Below, in pieces: positions 46,736-55,961 of a stretch of 64,000 bases of DNA. The DNA is from a virus (lineage: Duplodnaviria; Caudoviricetes), in IMG/VR virus record IMGVR_UViG_3300006168_000009, positions 1,583 through 65,582 of that record; one strand, given 5' to 3'. Numbering within the stretch: position 1 is the first letter of the stretch; the number at the start of each line of letters is the position of its first letter. The position numbers and the translations under genes were made by a program. The notes beneath the pieces are model-generated. The model was not told the origin of the DNA. It saw only the letters and a program-made list of their open reading frames with translations, and ran no database searches.

Positions 46736-47233
46736 TTAGCCTTCGGTCTTGTCAATCTTGATGGTGTAGTAGGTGTAGCGCCCCACCACCTCAATATCAG
46801 CACACTCGCCCAGGCCAGTCCCAGCGGCGTCAATCTTGCCACCGGCACCGATGCCAACCTTGGCGCCCTTGGTGGGGACAGTGCCGCCAACAAAGCCCTC
46901 TTTGGTCACGGAGAACAGATTGCGACTGCGGGGAATGTAACCACGGGTGGCCTTGCCCGCCTCGTTGATAAACTCGTCCAGATTCTTCTTGCGCTCGTCA
47001 TACATGACCTCAACGCCAGCCACAATGGCGCACTCGTTCAGGTCTGCGCCAGCACTGGCGGCAACAGCCTTCATCACTTCACGCTGGCCGTCCTCATAGC
47101 CCTCCAGCTTGACAATGACACCGTTCTCAACCTCGGCAACCTTGCCATTGGCGTCATAGAAGCGCAGAGACACAAGGTCGGCGGGCTGCTTAGTACCGCT
47201 CATCAGGTCGGTACGAATAACCGTATATGCCAT
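46736..47233 (-). CDS. Head decoration/capsid-associated protein
   Basis: VENG.IVKL, G...V..GF beta pattern; directly before the capsid gene. Confidence 0.65.
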   Translation of the reverse strand: MAYTVIRTDLMSGTKQPADLVSLRFYDANGKVAEVENGVIVKLEGYEDGQREVMKAVAASAGADLNECAIVAGVEVMYDERKKNLDEFINEAGKATRGYIPRSRNLFSVTKEGFVGGTVPTKGAKVGIGAGGKIDAAGTGLGECADIEVVGRYTYYTIKIDKTEG

Positions 47234-47247
47234 AACTCGTTCCTCCT

Positions 47248-47272
47248 TGTAGATTATTTAATTATGTTGATT
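47248..47272 (-). promoter_or_regulatory. Repeated 25-bp motif, copy A
   Basis: TGTAGATTATTTAATTATGTTGATT directly before the SD of 46736-47233. Confidence 0.7.
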
Positions 47273-48787
47273 GCCTGACGTAATCCCATATTCGGCGAAA
47301 ACACCGCCATAGGGTTCAGGCTTTACACCGGTCTTCTCCACCGGCAGCTTGGGAGCCTTTGGTTCATGAGAGAACTTCACGGTCGTGCCATTGCGCCCAC
47401 GAAGAGCGTAGCACTTCTCCTCCAAATCTTCGATGGAATACTGCGCACTGTTCTCACGCAGTTTCTCAAATGCCTCGACGCCGACCAAATCCTCAAACTG
47501 AGCAAAGACTTCATCCCGCTTGCCCTTTTCGATGGCACCTTCGGTTTCTGTCTTAAACTGACGCAGGGTATCCAGCTCAGTCTGCATAGTTGAAATCGTG
47601 TCGGAGGCGGCTTGGTACTTCTCGGCCCACTGCGTATCGTTTGTGGTATACTTCTCAACCGCAGCCGCAAAAACGTGCGCCATTGGGTTGCTCTGCTCGC
47701 CCTCATCGAACGCTACAATCGCAAACTTCATCCGCTTCTTGCTGGCAAAGTCAATGACAACGTTATCGCCATTCATGGAATAGCTGAACCCATACAGGTT
47801 CCAATCCGTTGTGTCGTCGCAATACACCTCCGCCGTTTCTGCGTCATAGTCCACAAACCAGTAGTGGGACATTTCGCCAAAGCAGGTCTCGACCTTCTCG
47901 GCCTCCAGAGCAGCAATCAGCTCATTGCGGAACTGGCCTTCCAGGGCGAAATTCTCCGGGTTTTGGGCAGCGCCAGCGGCGGGTGCTGCGGGCTCAGCGG
48001 CCTTCATTTCCTCGAATTTCGCACGCAGTTCTTCCAGAGAGAAATCCTCAAGAGAGAAACCGAGTTTGTCAATATCGAGGCCATACTGTGCGGCCAATGC
48101 CTTTTTCTCGTCCAATACCTCTTCTCCTCCTTCCGAATAGTTTTGTGATATACCAACCCCCTCTGGGGATTGCGCCAGTGAAAATGTTTCCTTAAATTCT
48201 TGCATCATTTCAGCAAGCTGCGTCTTGAAGTCATCACGGGAGAACAATTCCAAAGACGCTGATTCATAACATGGTTCCGCTGTTCCAAGAAGACAGAACG
48301 CCGTAAACTCAAAGCGCTTGATAACGTACACGCCGTCAACCATGCCACCTTCCTTTACGGAAATCTCCATGGACTCATCGGTAATACCGTCCTCTTTGAT
48401 TTTCTTGTACGCCTCTTGACGTTTCCAAATCAAAACGTCCACACACAAGTATTCATGCAGGCCAGAATCATCTTCGATTTCCTCCCACCAATACTTGGCG
48501 CTTTCAGGAACAACGCCGACCGGCTGCGTAATATTGACAATACGCATACCGCCATCGTCTGTCTCAACAAGTTCCATGTCGTGAGAGCCAATCGTGTCCG
48601 TGTCCCGGTCATATCTGCACACAATAGGGCAGTTATAAATGCTCGGCATACAGCGCTCGAAAGTCTCCTTGCTGATGAAGCTGTTATTTCTGTTTCTTCC
48701 CGTATAACAGACACGCAGTACGCCGCTGTCAAAGGAAGAATTGCGTTCGGTCAGGGAACTAATCCCAGATGAGAAAACAATGCTCAT
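47258..48787 (-). CDS. Prohead protease/scaffold (YonD-like)
   Basis: ESMEI, F.AFCLLG...PC protease motifs, acidic helical C-terminal scaffold; start approximate. Confidence 0.75.
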   Translation of the reverse strand: MSIVFSSGISSLTERNSSFDSGVLRVCYTGRNRNNSFISKETFERCMPSIYNCPIVCRYDRDTDTIGSHDMELVETDDGGMRIVNITQPVGVVPESAKYWWEEIEDDSGLHEYLCVDVLIWKRQEAYKKIKEDGITDESMEISVKEGGMVDGVYVIKRFEFTAFCLLGTAEPCYESASLELFSRDDFKTQLAEMMQEFKETFSLAQSPEGVGISQNYSEGGEEVLDEKKALAAQYGLDIDKLGFSLEDFSLEELRAKFEEMKAAEPAAPAAGAAQNPENFALEGQFRNELIAALEAEKVETCFGEMSHYWFVDYDAETAEVYCDDTTDWNLYGFSYSMNGDNVVIDFASKKRMKFAIVAFDEGEQSNPMAHVFAAAVEKYTTNDTQWAEKYQAASDTISTMQTELDTLRQFKTETEGAIEKGKRDEVFAQFEDLVGVEAFEKLRENSAQYSIEDLEEKCYALRGRNGTTVKFSHEPKAPKLPVEKTGVKPEPYGGVFAEYGITSGNQHN

Positions 48788-48858
48788 GCTCCGCTCGCTC
48801 AAATCACAGTTCACCACCTTCTTGACATAGTAAAACCCGCACGATACACCCGTGCGGG

Positions 48859-49035
48859 TCAAAAGGTCAACGTGTCAGAAACTGCCCATGGGATGCCATC
48901 ACACGAGAAGTTCTGCCGCCCCTTATTCAGAAACACAAAGATACACTTTGCATCATCGCTTTTCAGCAACTCATACTGCATTGACAAAAGTTTATCTCTG
49001 CCATCACGGCTGAACACATAAATGAAGTTTCCCAT
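48859..49035 (-). CDS. 58-aa hypothetical protein
   Basis: MGNFIYVF start overlapping the portal stop region. Confidence 0.5.
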   Translation of the reverse strand: MGNFIYVFSRDGRDKLLSMQYELLKSDDAKCIFVFLNKGRQNFSCDGIPWAVSDTLTF

Positions 49036-49036
49036 A

Positions 49037-50581
49037 TTATGCGTCCTCCCGATTTTGCTCGCCGCTCTCACTCAGCTCATCAACGTCCTTCGGTGGTGCG
49101 CCGCCTTCATCAGTTGCACCCTTGCCATCACTGTTAGCAGTGGAGCCAAGCGTTGAGGAACTCTGCAATGGCCGGAACATCTCATTCAAGCCAAGTACAT
49201 CATTCTCCAAGAAGCTCATACAATCGAGCTCCGATTGATTGAGCCCCTGGGTTGCCGCGTAGTAACTAACCATTGGGATGCCATACTGACAGGCTTTCAA
49301 ATAAGAATCTGCAAGCTCCTTGCGATTAAACGGGCTGCAATCAAGGAACGTAATCTTGAAATTCTTACCATAACTCTGCGCTTGAATGAAGCGATTTACA
49401 GCGTCTTCAATGCTTTTGACAATCCCAAATGTCATCGCTTGGTCTGCCTTGATAGACAACACCAGTGCATTTGCGGATGCTTTATCATTGTTGAAAAGTA
49501 GAGACGATACACCGGCAGCACTGAACAGATTTCGCTCAGCTTCCGCAATCGTATCTGTATCTCCTGTATTCGACTTCTCAAAGCTGATTTTGCTAATAGG
49601 CATTGGCGTCAGGACTGAGCCAATCTCCTCCGGCAGAACTCCATCCAGATTGCGCCAAAACTCTTTTGCCTTATCCAGGTCAATCTGCCACTCGCCGTCT
49701 TCGTTCATGCCAATGGTCATAACCAGCATAGCATAGTTCTCAAGAGCGGTCTTTGTCATCTTCAACTGCTTGTAGTCCTCAAGGTCATAGACATCTCGCA
49801 GGAGACCTGCGAATGGCGGAAGAGAATAATCCAAGATATCATTGTTACACTTGATGGCGAACGATGTAGGACAATCAAGCTCCTGCCACCGCATCCCATG
49901 TCGGTCACTCTGATACGCACGATACTTTGTTTGGAACTCAGCAGGATAGTATTCGAGATACTGCGAATGACCGTCAAAATATGAAAAATCGAATGTAACA
50001 TTCAGCACATTGCCTTCAATCGTGGAGATACCACAATAATCAGGCGGAAGCTGTTGGATTGTGATGTTGTCGTTGGTCACCCACATTGTCCCATAGAACG
50101 TATCCTCACGGAGGCATACAGTCAAAATCTTTGGGAACTGTGTACGCACGTTCATAGATGACATAGCGTTCAGCGTCTTCCGATAGTTTCGGTTGATAGA
50201 CTTTGGATTAACGGTCTTTGGGTCAATCTTATATGGGGACACAACATAGGCCAAGTCGGAGAGGCCGGTGAAATACTGGATGAGCCGTCTGAAATGCGGA
50301 CTTGCTCCATAGATATATGTAACCGCATTGCGCAGTTGCTGTTGGTATGTGTACGGATTCTTCAGATACTCCGTGATATTATCTTTACTATACAAAGAGA
50401 ATGTCGGGGTACTTGTATTATTGTTCAAATCTCTGGTAATCAGACGGTTCAAAACTGCAAACCGCTGCGAGATTCCAACCATTCCAACTGAGTCGCCCGT
50501 AAGTTTGCTTACATTTCTTCGTGGGATATCCGCACTGGACTTACCACGACCGCTTCTGCTACCCATTCGATATCTCACCAC
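49037..50581 (-). CDS. Portal protein
   Basis: 514 aa between terminase and protease. Confidence 0.8.
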   Translation of the reverse strand: MVRYRMGSRSGRGKSSADIPRRNVSKLTGDSVGMVGISQRFAVLNRLITRDLNNNTSTPTFSLYSKDNITEYLKNPYTYQQQLRNAVTYIYGASPHFRRLIQYFTGLSDLAYVVSPYKIDPKTVNPKSINRNYRKTLNAMSSMNVRTQFPKILTVCLREDTFYGTMWVTNDNITIQQLPPDYCGISTIEGNVLNVTFDFSYFDGHSQYLEYYPAEFQTKYRAYQSDRHGMRWQELDCPTSFAIKCNNDILDYSLPPFAGLLRDVYDLEDYKQLKMTKTALENYAMLVMTIGMNEDGEWQIDLDKAKEFWRNLDGVLPEEIGSVLTPMPISKISFEKSNTGDTDTIAEAERNLFSAAGVSSLLFNNDKASANALVLSIKADQAMTFGIVKSIEDAVNRFIQAQSYGKNFKITFLDCSPFNRKELADSYLKACQYGIPMVSYYAATQGLNQSELDCMSFLENDVLGLNEMFRPLQSSSTLGSTANSDGKGATDEGGAPPKDVDELSESGEQNREDA

Positions 50582-50586
50582 CTTTC

Positions 50587-52335
50587 TTACTTGATTTTTG
50601 GAGGCTTAAACATGAAGATGTTGTCCTCAAAACTTGCCCCCCGATGCCGCCCCAGCTTGCTCTCAAGCTGCGTTGCAACATAGTAGTTATAGCTCAAACT
50701 GGAGTAACGGTCTTTTCGTCTACCTGTTTTCTCAAACATCCTGACACGACCGCCAGACTCCTCATGCTGCAAATTAACAAGTTCGTCAATCAACAGCGTT
50801 GTGTGCACATATGGCATTTGCAGCTTTACTTTCTCTGATGGGGTGAGTGAGCCATATCCCTTGAGGTCGGACAGCAGCGTTTCGCCATCATACTCAGTAA
50901 CAAGCAGCCTTATCTTTCCGCTCCTGAATCCTTCACGAAGCAGCACAGCACACTCAGAGTTAAGCGCTGGTGTAGCCTTAATCGCCCATATCACTTTGTC
51001 TGCCCCTTTGACTGTGCATCGCTCAGCCATTTCTGGGTTGTTGTAGCAGGAAAGTGCTGGGTATATCTCGCCACTGTCTGGGTCTACCATGTCACGGACA
51101 AGCGCATCATAAACGCCAAGACCAAGCCCAGTACAGTCCAGCACAATATAGTCACAGGCGAACTCATCGTACAACTTCCGTATCACGAGTGCCTGGTCTT
51201 CCGTGTGTAGGCCCTCAAACGTATCGCAGTACACAATATTGCTTGTGTATCGTCCTGCCTTCGTTGGGAGCATCTGGTTGACAAAAATTGCGGTTGCGTC
51301 ATTGTTGTGCTTCTTACTCGACATCAGGGCAATATCAGCAGACAAAATACGCTTCTCACCAAGCTGCTTGGGAGGTATCTTAACCTTTTGGCTGTTACCA
51401 ACTTTCACCGACAACTCGTCAGGAAGCATGGGATATTTGATATGACGTACTTTAGAGATGCTGTCAAAATTGAAGAATGCCCCGGCCTCACCGCCGAGCC
51501 ACATAGCTTCCATCTCCATCTTGAATTTCAGCTCATTAAAGTCCGCCTCAAGCATATCGCTCTCAACGTCCTCTCGGAACATACGCCCTTCCTGAATTGC
51601 AAGCTCATATGGAAATCCGCACACAAACGCTCCGCGTCCACCGCTGAGCATAGTACGGAAGTTAGACAGCATCTGGTTGTAAGACCAATGGTCTTTGAAG
51701 AACGCAGAAGACAGGTAGAACTGCATATTGGGCTCCTTCGCCCGTTCCAACTGCACTTCCTCTTTTGTCAACTCGGAGTATGGCGGTTCACGCCGTTCGG
51801 TCAGAAACTTTTTCAGAACCGTACTGATGGTATCCTGCTTCACAAGTCGAAACTCATCTACGACAAGAAGATTGGCACGGTTACCACGGGCGGTGTCTGC
51901 CGCCGTAACAACCTTGATATAGCTGCCATTTTTGAACATTATCTTTGCATCCTGGCCAGAAAATTTTGTCTCCTTGAAGTCAATCTCGTTCTTCAAATTT
52001 GGAGAACGTGGAATCAACTCCGTTTGAATCTTTTCCAGAATCTGCAATGCCTGTCCTCTTGTACCAGAGGTAAGAACGACCTTGCTGCCAGGGTAAAGAA
52101 TGCACCGCACGCATGAGAATATAGCCGTAATAAACGTTTTACCCATACCACGGGACGCTATCCATAAGAAGATAACGTTGGCATTCATCAGGCACAGCAC
52201 AGCATACTGATACCATTTAAGGTAGGTGATGCCCAGGTATTCCTTCACAAAGGCGTCGATATTCTCTCTGTAATAGCTACCCCAGACCGCCATACCCTCC
52301 AGTACACGCTCTCGCCTTGCCTGCTTCTCATTCAT
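50587..52335 (-). CDS. terL: Terminase large subunit
   Basis: ASRGMGKT Walker A, LVVDE Walker B, ADIA and KDRYSS nuclease motifs; start MNEKQ. Confidence 0.9.
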   Translation of the reverse strand: MNEKQARRERVLEGMAVWGSYYRENIDAFVKEYLGITYLKWYQYAVLCLMNANVIFLWIASRGMGKTFITAIFSCVRCILYPGSKVVLTSGTRGQALQILEKIQTELIPRSPNLKNEIDFKETKFSGQDAKIMFKNGSYIKVVTAADTARGNRANLLVVDEFRLVKQDTISTVLKKFLTERREPPYSELTKEEVQLERAKEPNMQFYLSSAFFKDHWSYNQMLSNFRTMLSGGRGAFVCGFPYELAIQEGRMFREDVESDMLEADFNELKFKMEMEAMWLGGEAGAFFNFDSISKVRHIKYPMLPDELSVKVGNSQKVKIPPKQLGEKRILSADIALMSSKKHNNDATAIFVNQMLPTKAGRYTSNIVYCDTFEGLHTEDQALVIRKLYDEFACDYIVLDCTGLGLGVYDALVRDMVDPDSGEIYPALSCYNNPEMAERCTVKGADKVIWAIKATPALNSECAVLLREGFRSGKIRLLVTEYDGETLLSDLKGYGSLTPSEKVKLQMPYVHTTLLIDELVNLQHEESGGRVRMFEKTGRRKDRYSSLSYNYYVATQLESKLGRHRGASFEDNIFMFKPPKIK

Positions 52336-53395
52336 TGACACCGCCCTCACTTTGGCCAGCGTCGCCGAAGATATCGGACAAGAAGCTATCGTCGTCCTCC
52401 TCTGCATACTCTGGGAACTCGACGCGATATTTGTTGATGGCGTCCTCATACATTTGGCAATAGCTATTTCTCAAGCCAACCATTTTGCAGGCGTGTCCAA
52501 GAAACCAGGTGGTAACATTTCGGATAATTCCACTTTGGTCTTTCAAATCGTCTGGTGTAGTCGGAAGCGGGCGAGCATTCTCCCATTTCTGGATGCCGAC
52601 ACCAAGCGGCATATTTTCCAGGTCAGAGTCCGCCATCATATCCTTTTGCTGGACAGGCTTTAGATTGGCACTGCCAAGCAAATCATTGAGTGCCTTCACG
52701 TTTTTCTCAACACTACGCCCAGCCGCTCGGTCATGTGCGATATCAACTTCCAGGCCGCATATCTGCCTGATGAGAGTTTCTGTACCAACATCCGGGACGA
52801 AATCCTTTGGATATTTACCGAGCCAATAATGGCGGCGCTCTTCAAGTTCCTCATACATTTTTGTGCTGTACCCAGAACCCCAGAACAATCGAATTTCGTC
52901 TGAAACTTCGTTGTATTCTTCCTCAGCATCATCAAGCAGTGGTTCAATCCCATCTTCGTCCTCAACATACTGCGGACGTTTTGCGGCCTCTGCCTCCTCA
53001 CGGACGATTGTGTCATCGAAAGTCTTATCGATGTATCGTGTAAGGTTCGTTTTACCTATGTAAGACCTGATTCGAGATTGAACACCAGCGGTTTTATCCA
53101 CCATATCGTAGATAGCCTCGTCCCAATACAGGTCAAACTTCATGCACATCCGGCGCAAAGCATCCTTGTCGCCAAGTTTGCTGCGGTAGTCGTCGTACAT
53201 CTCCTCAACACAGTCGCTGCACCATGGGAGATATCCAGACTTGCGGTACATTGGACTATGGCTAACAGGGAAAAAACCTTTTCGTCTGCTGTATGCCGTA
53301 CCACATCTGCAACAATAATACTTTTGTCCGCTGGCTGTGGTCTGTGAGGCGTCAGTTGTCTTTTCTAATTTCCGTCTTTTGGGGGCATCCGCCAA
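52328..53395 (-). CDS. Putative terminase small subunit with N-terminal Zn finger
   Basis: CCRCG...WCSDC; overlaps terL start. Confidence 0.55.
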   Translation of the reverse strand: MADAPKRRKLEKTTDASQTTASGQKYYCCRCGTAYSRRKGFFPVSHSPMYRKSGYLPWCSDCVEEMYDDYRSKLGDKDALRRMCMKFDLYWDEAIYDMVDKTAGVQSRIRSYIGKTNLTRYIDKTFDDTIVREEAEAAKRPQYVEDEDGIEPLLDDAEEEYNEVSDEIRLFWGSGYSTKMYEELEERRHYWLGKYPKDFVPDVGTETLIRQICGLEVDIAHDRAAGRSVEKNVKALNDLLGSANLKPVQQKDMMADSDLENMPLGVGIQKWENARPLPTTPDDLKDQSGIIRNVTTWFLGHACKMVGLRNSYCQMYEDAINKYRVEFPEYAEEDDDSFLSDIFGDAGQSEGGVNE

Positions 53396-53704
53396 TTACA
53401 TCAACCCCCTTTTCGTGTTATCTTCCCAAACCTTCACCGCACGTCGCATCCCGTTACCAGGATAGAACCGAGGAATCCAGTGTGCTGGGACATCAACACG
53501 TTCGCCTGTCTGCGGATTTGGGCAGCTACGAGCCTTTCGCTCCAAGATATCGAAACACCCAAAGTTTCGGATTGAAACCGTGTTCCCGTTCTCAAGGTTC
53601 TCCAATATAGTGCAGACAAAATCATCGATGATACTTGTTGCTGCCTTTTTTGTATATCCCTTCTCAACAAGCTGCTGAATCAGGTCACTCCTTTTAATGT
53701 CCAT
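53396..53704 (-). CDS. hup: HU-like histone-like DNA-binding protein
   Basis: VSIRNFG.F....RKAR...NPQTGE...P...P.F.PG. Confidence 0.92.
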   Translation of the reverse strand: MDIKRSDLIQQLVEKGYTKKAATSIIDDFVCTILENLENGNTVSIRNFGCFDILERKARSCPNPQTGERVDVPAHWIPRFYPGNGMRRAVKVWEDNTKRGLM

Positions 53705-53723
53705 CCTTTACACCATCCTTTGT

Positions 53724-54767
53724 TCACAGGTCTGCAAGAGACTTCTGTGCATCCGTTTTGATTTCACCATTTTCATCAAAGTATTGCGAAATCTGTTCCT
53801 CTGCACTCATGTCCTTGTAGACACGCACCATGTCAGCAGACTCCCAACCGACAATATCCTGGATTACGTTGTCTGGGAGACCGAGCTTCGCAAGGTGGGT
53901 CGTAAAGTAGTGTCTCAGGCTATGCCAATAAAAGTCCTCACCGGTCATCCGGCTGAAGGTGTTAGCCCAACTGTTCAGCGTCGTATCGCTCATCTGTTCT
54001 TTGTCATTCCCTGTCGCCGGGAATAGCCACTCGCTCTCTATGCCAAGCTCGCTGCGCTGCTTCATCCAAGCATCGAAATATGGCTTGAACTTTTTCGCCA
54101 GCGTATAGCAGTGAATAAACTTCCCGAGACCAAACCCCTTCGTTTGAATTGGCTCACTCGTCTTATAGAGAACGCCACCGCATACCAGGTTTTCGTCCTG
54201 GAAGTCACCAACACGGAATCGACACAGCTCTGCTTTACGCCTACCACTGCACATCGCCAACGCCAAGGCGCAAGCCTTCTTGTACTGACCACTCTCAGTC
54301 AGCTTGTCCAGCAACTCATCGAGCGCCTCATCGCTCCACACGGTCTTCTTCCGAACCTGTTGCATAGCGGGGTTTTCCACCTTGCGGACGACAGAACGAA
54401 AGTCTTTGAACTCATCTTCATCGTCCAGCATATTGGACACGAAGTTACTCATGGAAGAGATAGCGGATTTCAAACGCCGCACACGGGCTGGAGAGTTGCC
54501 ATTCTCATTGATAAGCCAACTCTGATAGGAAGCATAATCACGCTTCGTAATCTTTGGGAAAAACTTGTTATTATTGTGGGTGAGGTTCCACACCCAGAAA
54601 ATGTCGATATCGTTATCATACCCGGCAATCGTCTTGGGGCTGCGCTGAACAGACCTCAAATAATCTAAGAAGTCCTGCTTTAGCCTCATATTGTCCGGGT
54701 TGACCTGGCTCAAAAGCTCAGGGCTTGTGATATCGTTCTGTTTTGTTTTTCTTGGCATCAAAGCCAC
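53724..54767 (-). CDS. Tyrosine recombinase (XerC/D-like) with core-binding domain
   Basis: SGRRKAEL, HSLRH, VGW, VRVY catalytic residues; N-terminal SPKTI..Y..D domain. Confidence 0.88.
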   Translation of the reverse strand: MALMPRKTKQNDITSPELLSQVNPDNMRLKQDFLDYLRSVQRSPKTIAGYDNDIDIFWVWNLTHNNNKFFPKITKRDYASYQSWLINENGNSPARVRRLKSAISSMSNFVSNMLDDEDEFKDFRSVVRKVENPAMQQVRKKTVWSDEALDELLDKLTESGQYKKACALALAMCSGRRKAELCRFRVGDFQDENLVCGGVLYKTSEPIQTKGFGLGKFIHCYTLAKKFKPYFDAWMKQRSELGIESEWLFPATGNDKEQMSDTTLNSWANTFSRMTGEDFYWHSLRHYFTTHLAKLGLPDNVIQDIVGWESADMVRVYKDMSAEEQISQYFDENGEIKTDAQKSLADL

Positions 54768-54787
54768 CTCGCTTTCTTTGTGTATTC

Positions 54788-54816
54788 TTGTATTCCTGAA
54801 CCGTAAATGCTATAAT
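54788..54816 (+). promoter_or_regulatory. SigA-type promoter with extended -10
   Basis: TTGTAT-17 nt-TATAAT, TGn before -10. Confidence 0.7.
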
Positions 54817-54859
54817 GAAAATACAATCAACAACTTTTCCAAATGAGGAGGTCACATTA

Positions 54860-55393
54860 GTGAAACGACTAATTACCATGTTGTGTATTCTCGCCACTGT
54901 ATTCACCCTATCTGCTTGTTCCACAACCTGTAAGTACGAAGTCGCAAATGGAGTGTGTGGAGAGAAGGTAGACTCAGGGGACTACTGTGCAAAGCATCGC
55001 TGCAATCTATGTGAGAACTCTATTACATCTGGGTCATCTTATTGTGATGAACACAGGTGCCAATTCGACATAGGCTATGGAAGATGTTCCAAAGGAATTG
55101 GAATCTCAAATCTCAAGGATGGTGAAATATATTGCAATACACATAAATCCATTGAGGACATAGACGAGTTCAAAGAAGCAAAGGACATTGCGTCAACATG
55201 GTGTAATACAATCGCCGCACAATCTGCCGGAACGCTTTTTTCTCCGTTCAGGTTCACTGACAACTTTTATGTTGGTGTTTCAACCTATAAATTTGAAGTT
55301 GAAGATGTTGATTCCCCGCATCGGGATGGATATGTTATCGTAAAACGAAACTCAGATGGTGAGCTTGAATGTGAAGGAATGGAATACAACTAA
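54860..55393 (+). CDS. Cys/His-rich lipoprotein (moron)
   Basis: SD GAGGAGG + GTG 54860; LSAC lipobox; YCxxHxC repeats; AT-rich. Confidence 0.75.
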   Translation: MKRLITMLCILATVFTLSACSTTCKYEVANGVCGEKVDSGDYCAKHRCNLCENSITSGSSYCDEHRCQFDIGYGRCSKGIGISNLKDGEIYCNTHKSIEDIDEFKEAKDIASTWCNTIAAQSAGTLFSPFRFTDNFYVGVSTYKFEVEDVDSPHRDGYVIVKRNSDGELECEGMEYN

Positions 55394-55397
55394 TGTA

Positions 55398-55430
55398 GTA
55401 AGGCCGCATTCAAGCGGCCTTACTTTTTTT
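55398..55430 (+). terminator. Terminator of the lipoprotein gene
   Basis: AGTAAGGCCGC...GCGGCCTTACT + T run. Confidence 0.85.
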
Positions 55431-55507
55431 TGGCGACTATAGCCGGACTCGAACCGGCGACCTCCAACGTGACAGGCTGGCGTTCTAACCAACTGAACTA
55501 TATAGCC
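55431..55507 (-). tRNA. tRNA-Asp(GUC)
   Basis: Cloverleaf, anticodon loop CT-GTC-AC, GGTTCGAGT, encoded CCA. Confidence 0.92.
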
Positions 55508-55510
55508 ATG

Positions 55511-55586
55511 TGGTTGCGGGGAGGGGATTTGAACCCCTGACCTACGGCTTATGAGGCCGCTGAGCTAACCGCTGCTCTACCCCGCA
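55511..55586 (-). tRNA. tRNA-Met(CAU)
   Basis: Anticodon loop CT-CAT-AA, GGTTCAAAT, CCA. Confidence 0.88.
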
Positions 55587-55590
55587 GTAT

Positions 55591-55676
55591 TGGTGGGAGA
55601 GGTTGGATTTGAACCAACGCAGCCCGAAGGCGCCTGATTTACAGTCAGGTGTAATTGACCACTCTACCACTCTCCC
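55591..55676 (-). tRNA. tRNA-Tyr(GUA)
   Basis: Anticodon CT-GTA-AA, long variable arm, CCA. Confidence 0.92.
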
Positions 55677-55680
55677 ATAG

Positions 55681-55757
55681 TGGTGATGCGTATGGGGCTT
55701 GAACCCATAAATTCCGCCTTGAAAGGGCGGTGACTCTACCAATTCGTCCAACGCACC
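55681..55757 (-). tRNA. tRNA-Glu(UUC)
   Basis: CCGCC-CTTTCAA-GGCGG, CCA. Confidence 0.88.
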
Positions 55758-55759
55758 AT

Positions 55760-55836
55760 TGGTACTCCCAACGAGACTCGAACTCGTATTACCGGCTTGA
55801 GAGGCCAGCCTCCTATTCCATTTAGAGGATGGGAGC
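55760..55836 (-). tRNA. tRNA-Glu(CUC)
   Basis: CTGGC-CTCTCAA-GCCGG, AGTTCGAGT, CCA. Confidence 0.85.
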
Positions 55837-55840
55837 AAAT

Positions 55841-55916
55841 TGGCTCCTCCTGCTGGACTCGAACCAGCGGCATCTTGATTAACAGTCAAGCGCTCTACCA
55901 ACTGAGCTAAAGAGGA
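55841..55916 (-). tRNA. tRNA-Asn(GUU)
   Basis: TAGCTCAGTTGGTAGAGC, CT-GTT-AA, CCA. Confidence 0.92.
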
Positions 55917-55961
55917 ATATAAAAGGGCCGCCCCATGTAGAGGCGACCCGTGTGGGTTTCT

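Noticed and set aside
55398-55430. Bidirectional terminator for the tRNA cluster
   Set aside because: A U-tract exists only on the + strand; called as the lipoprotein terminator only
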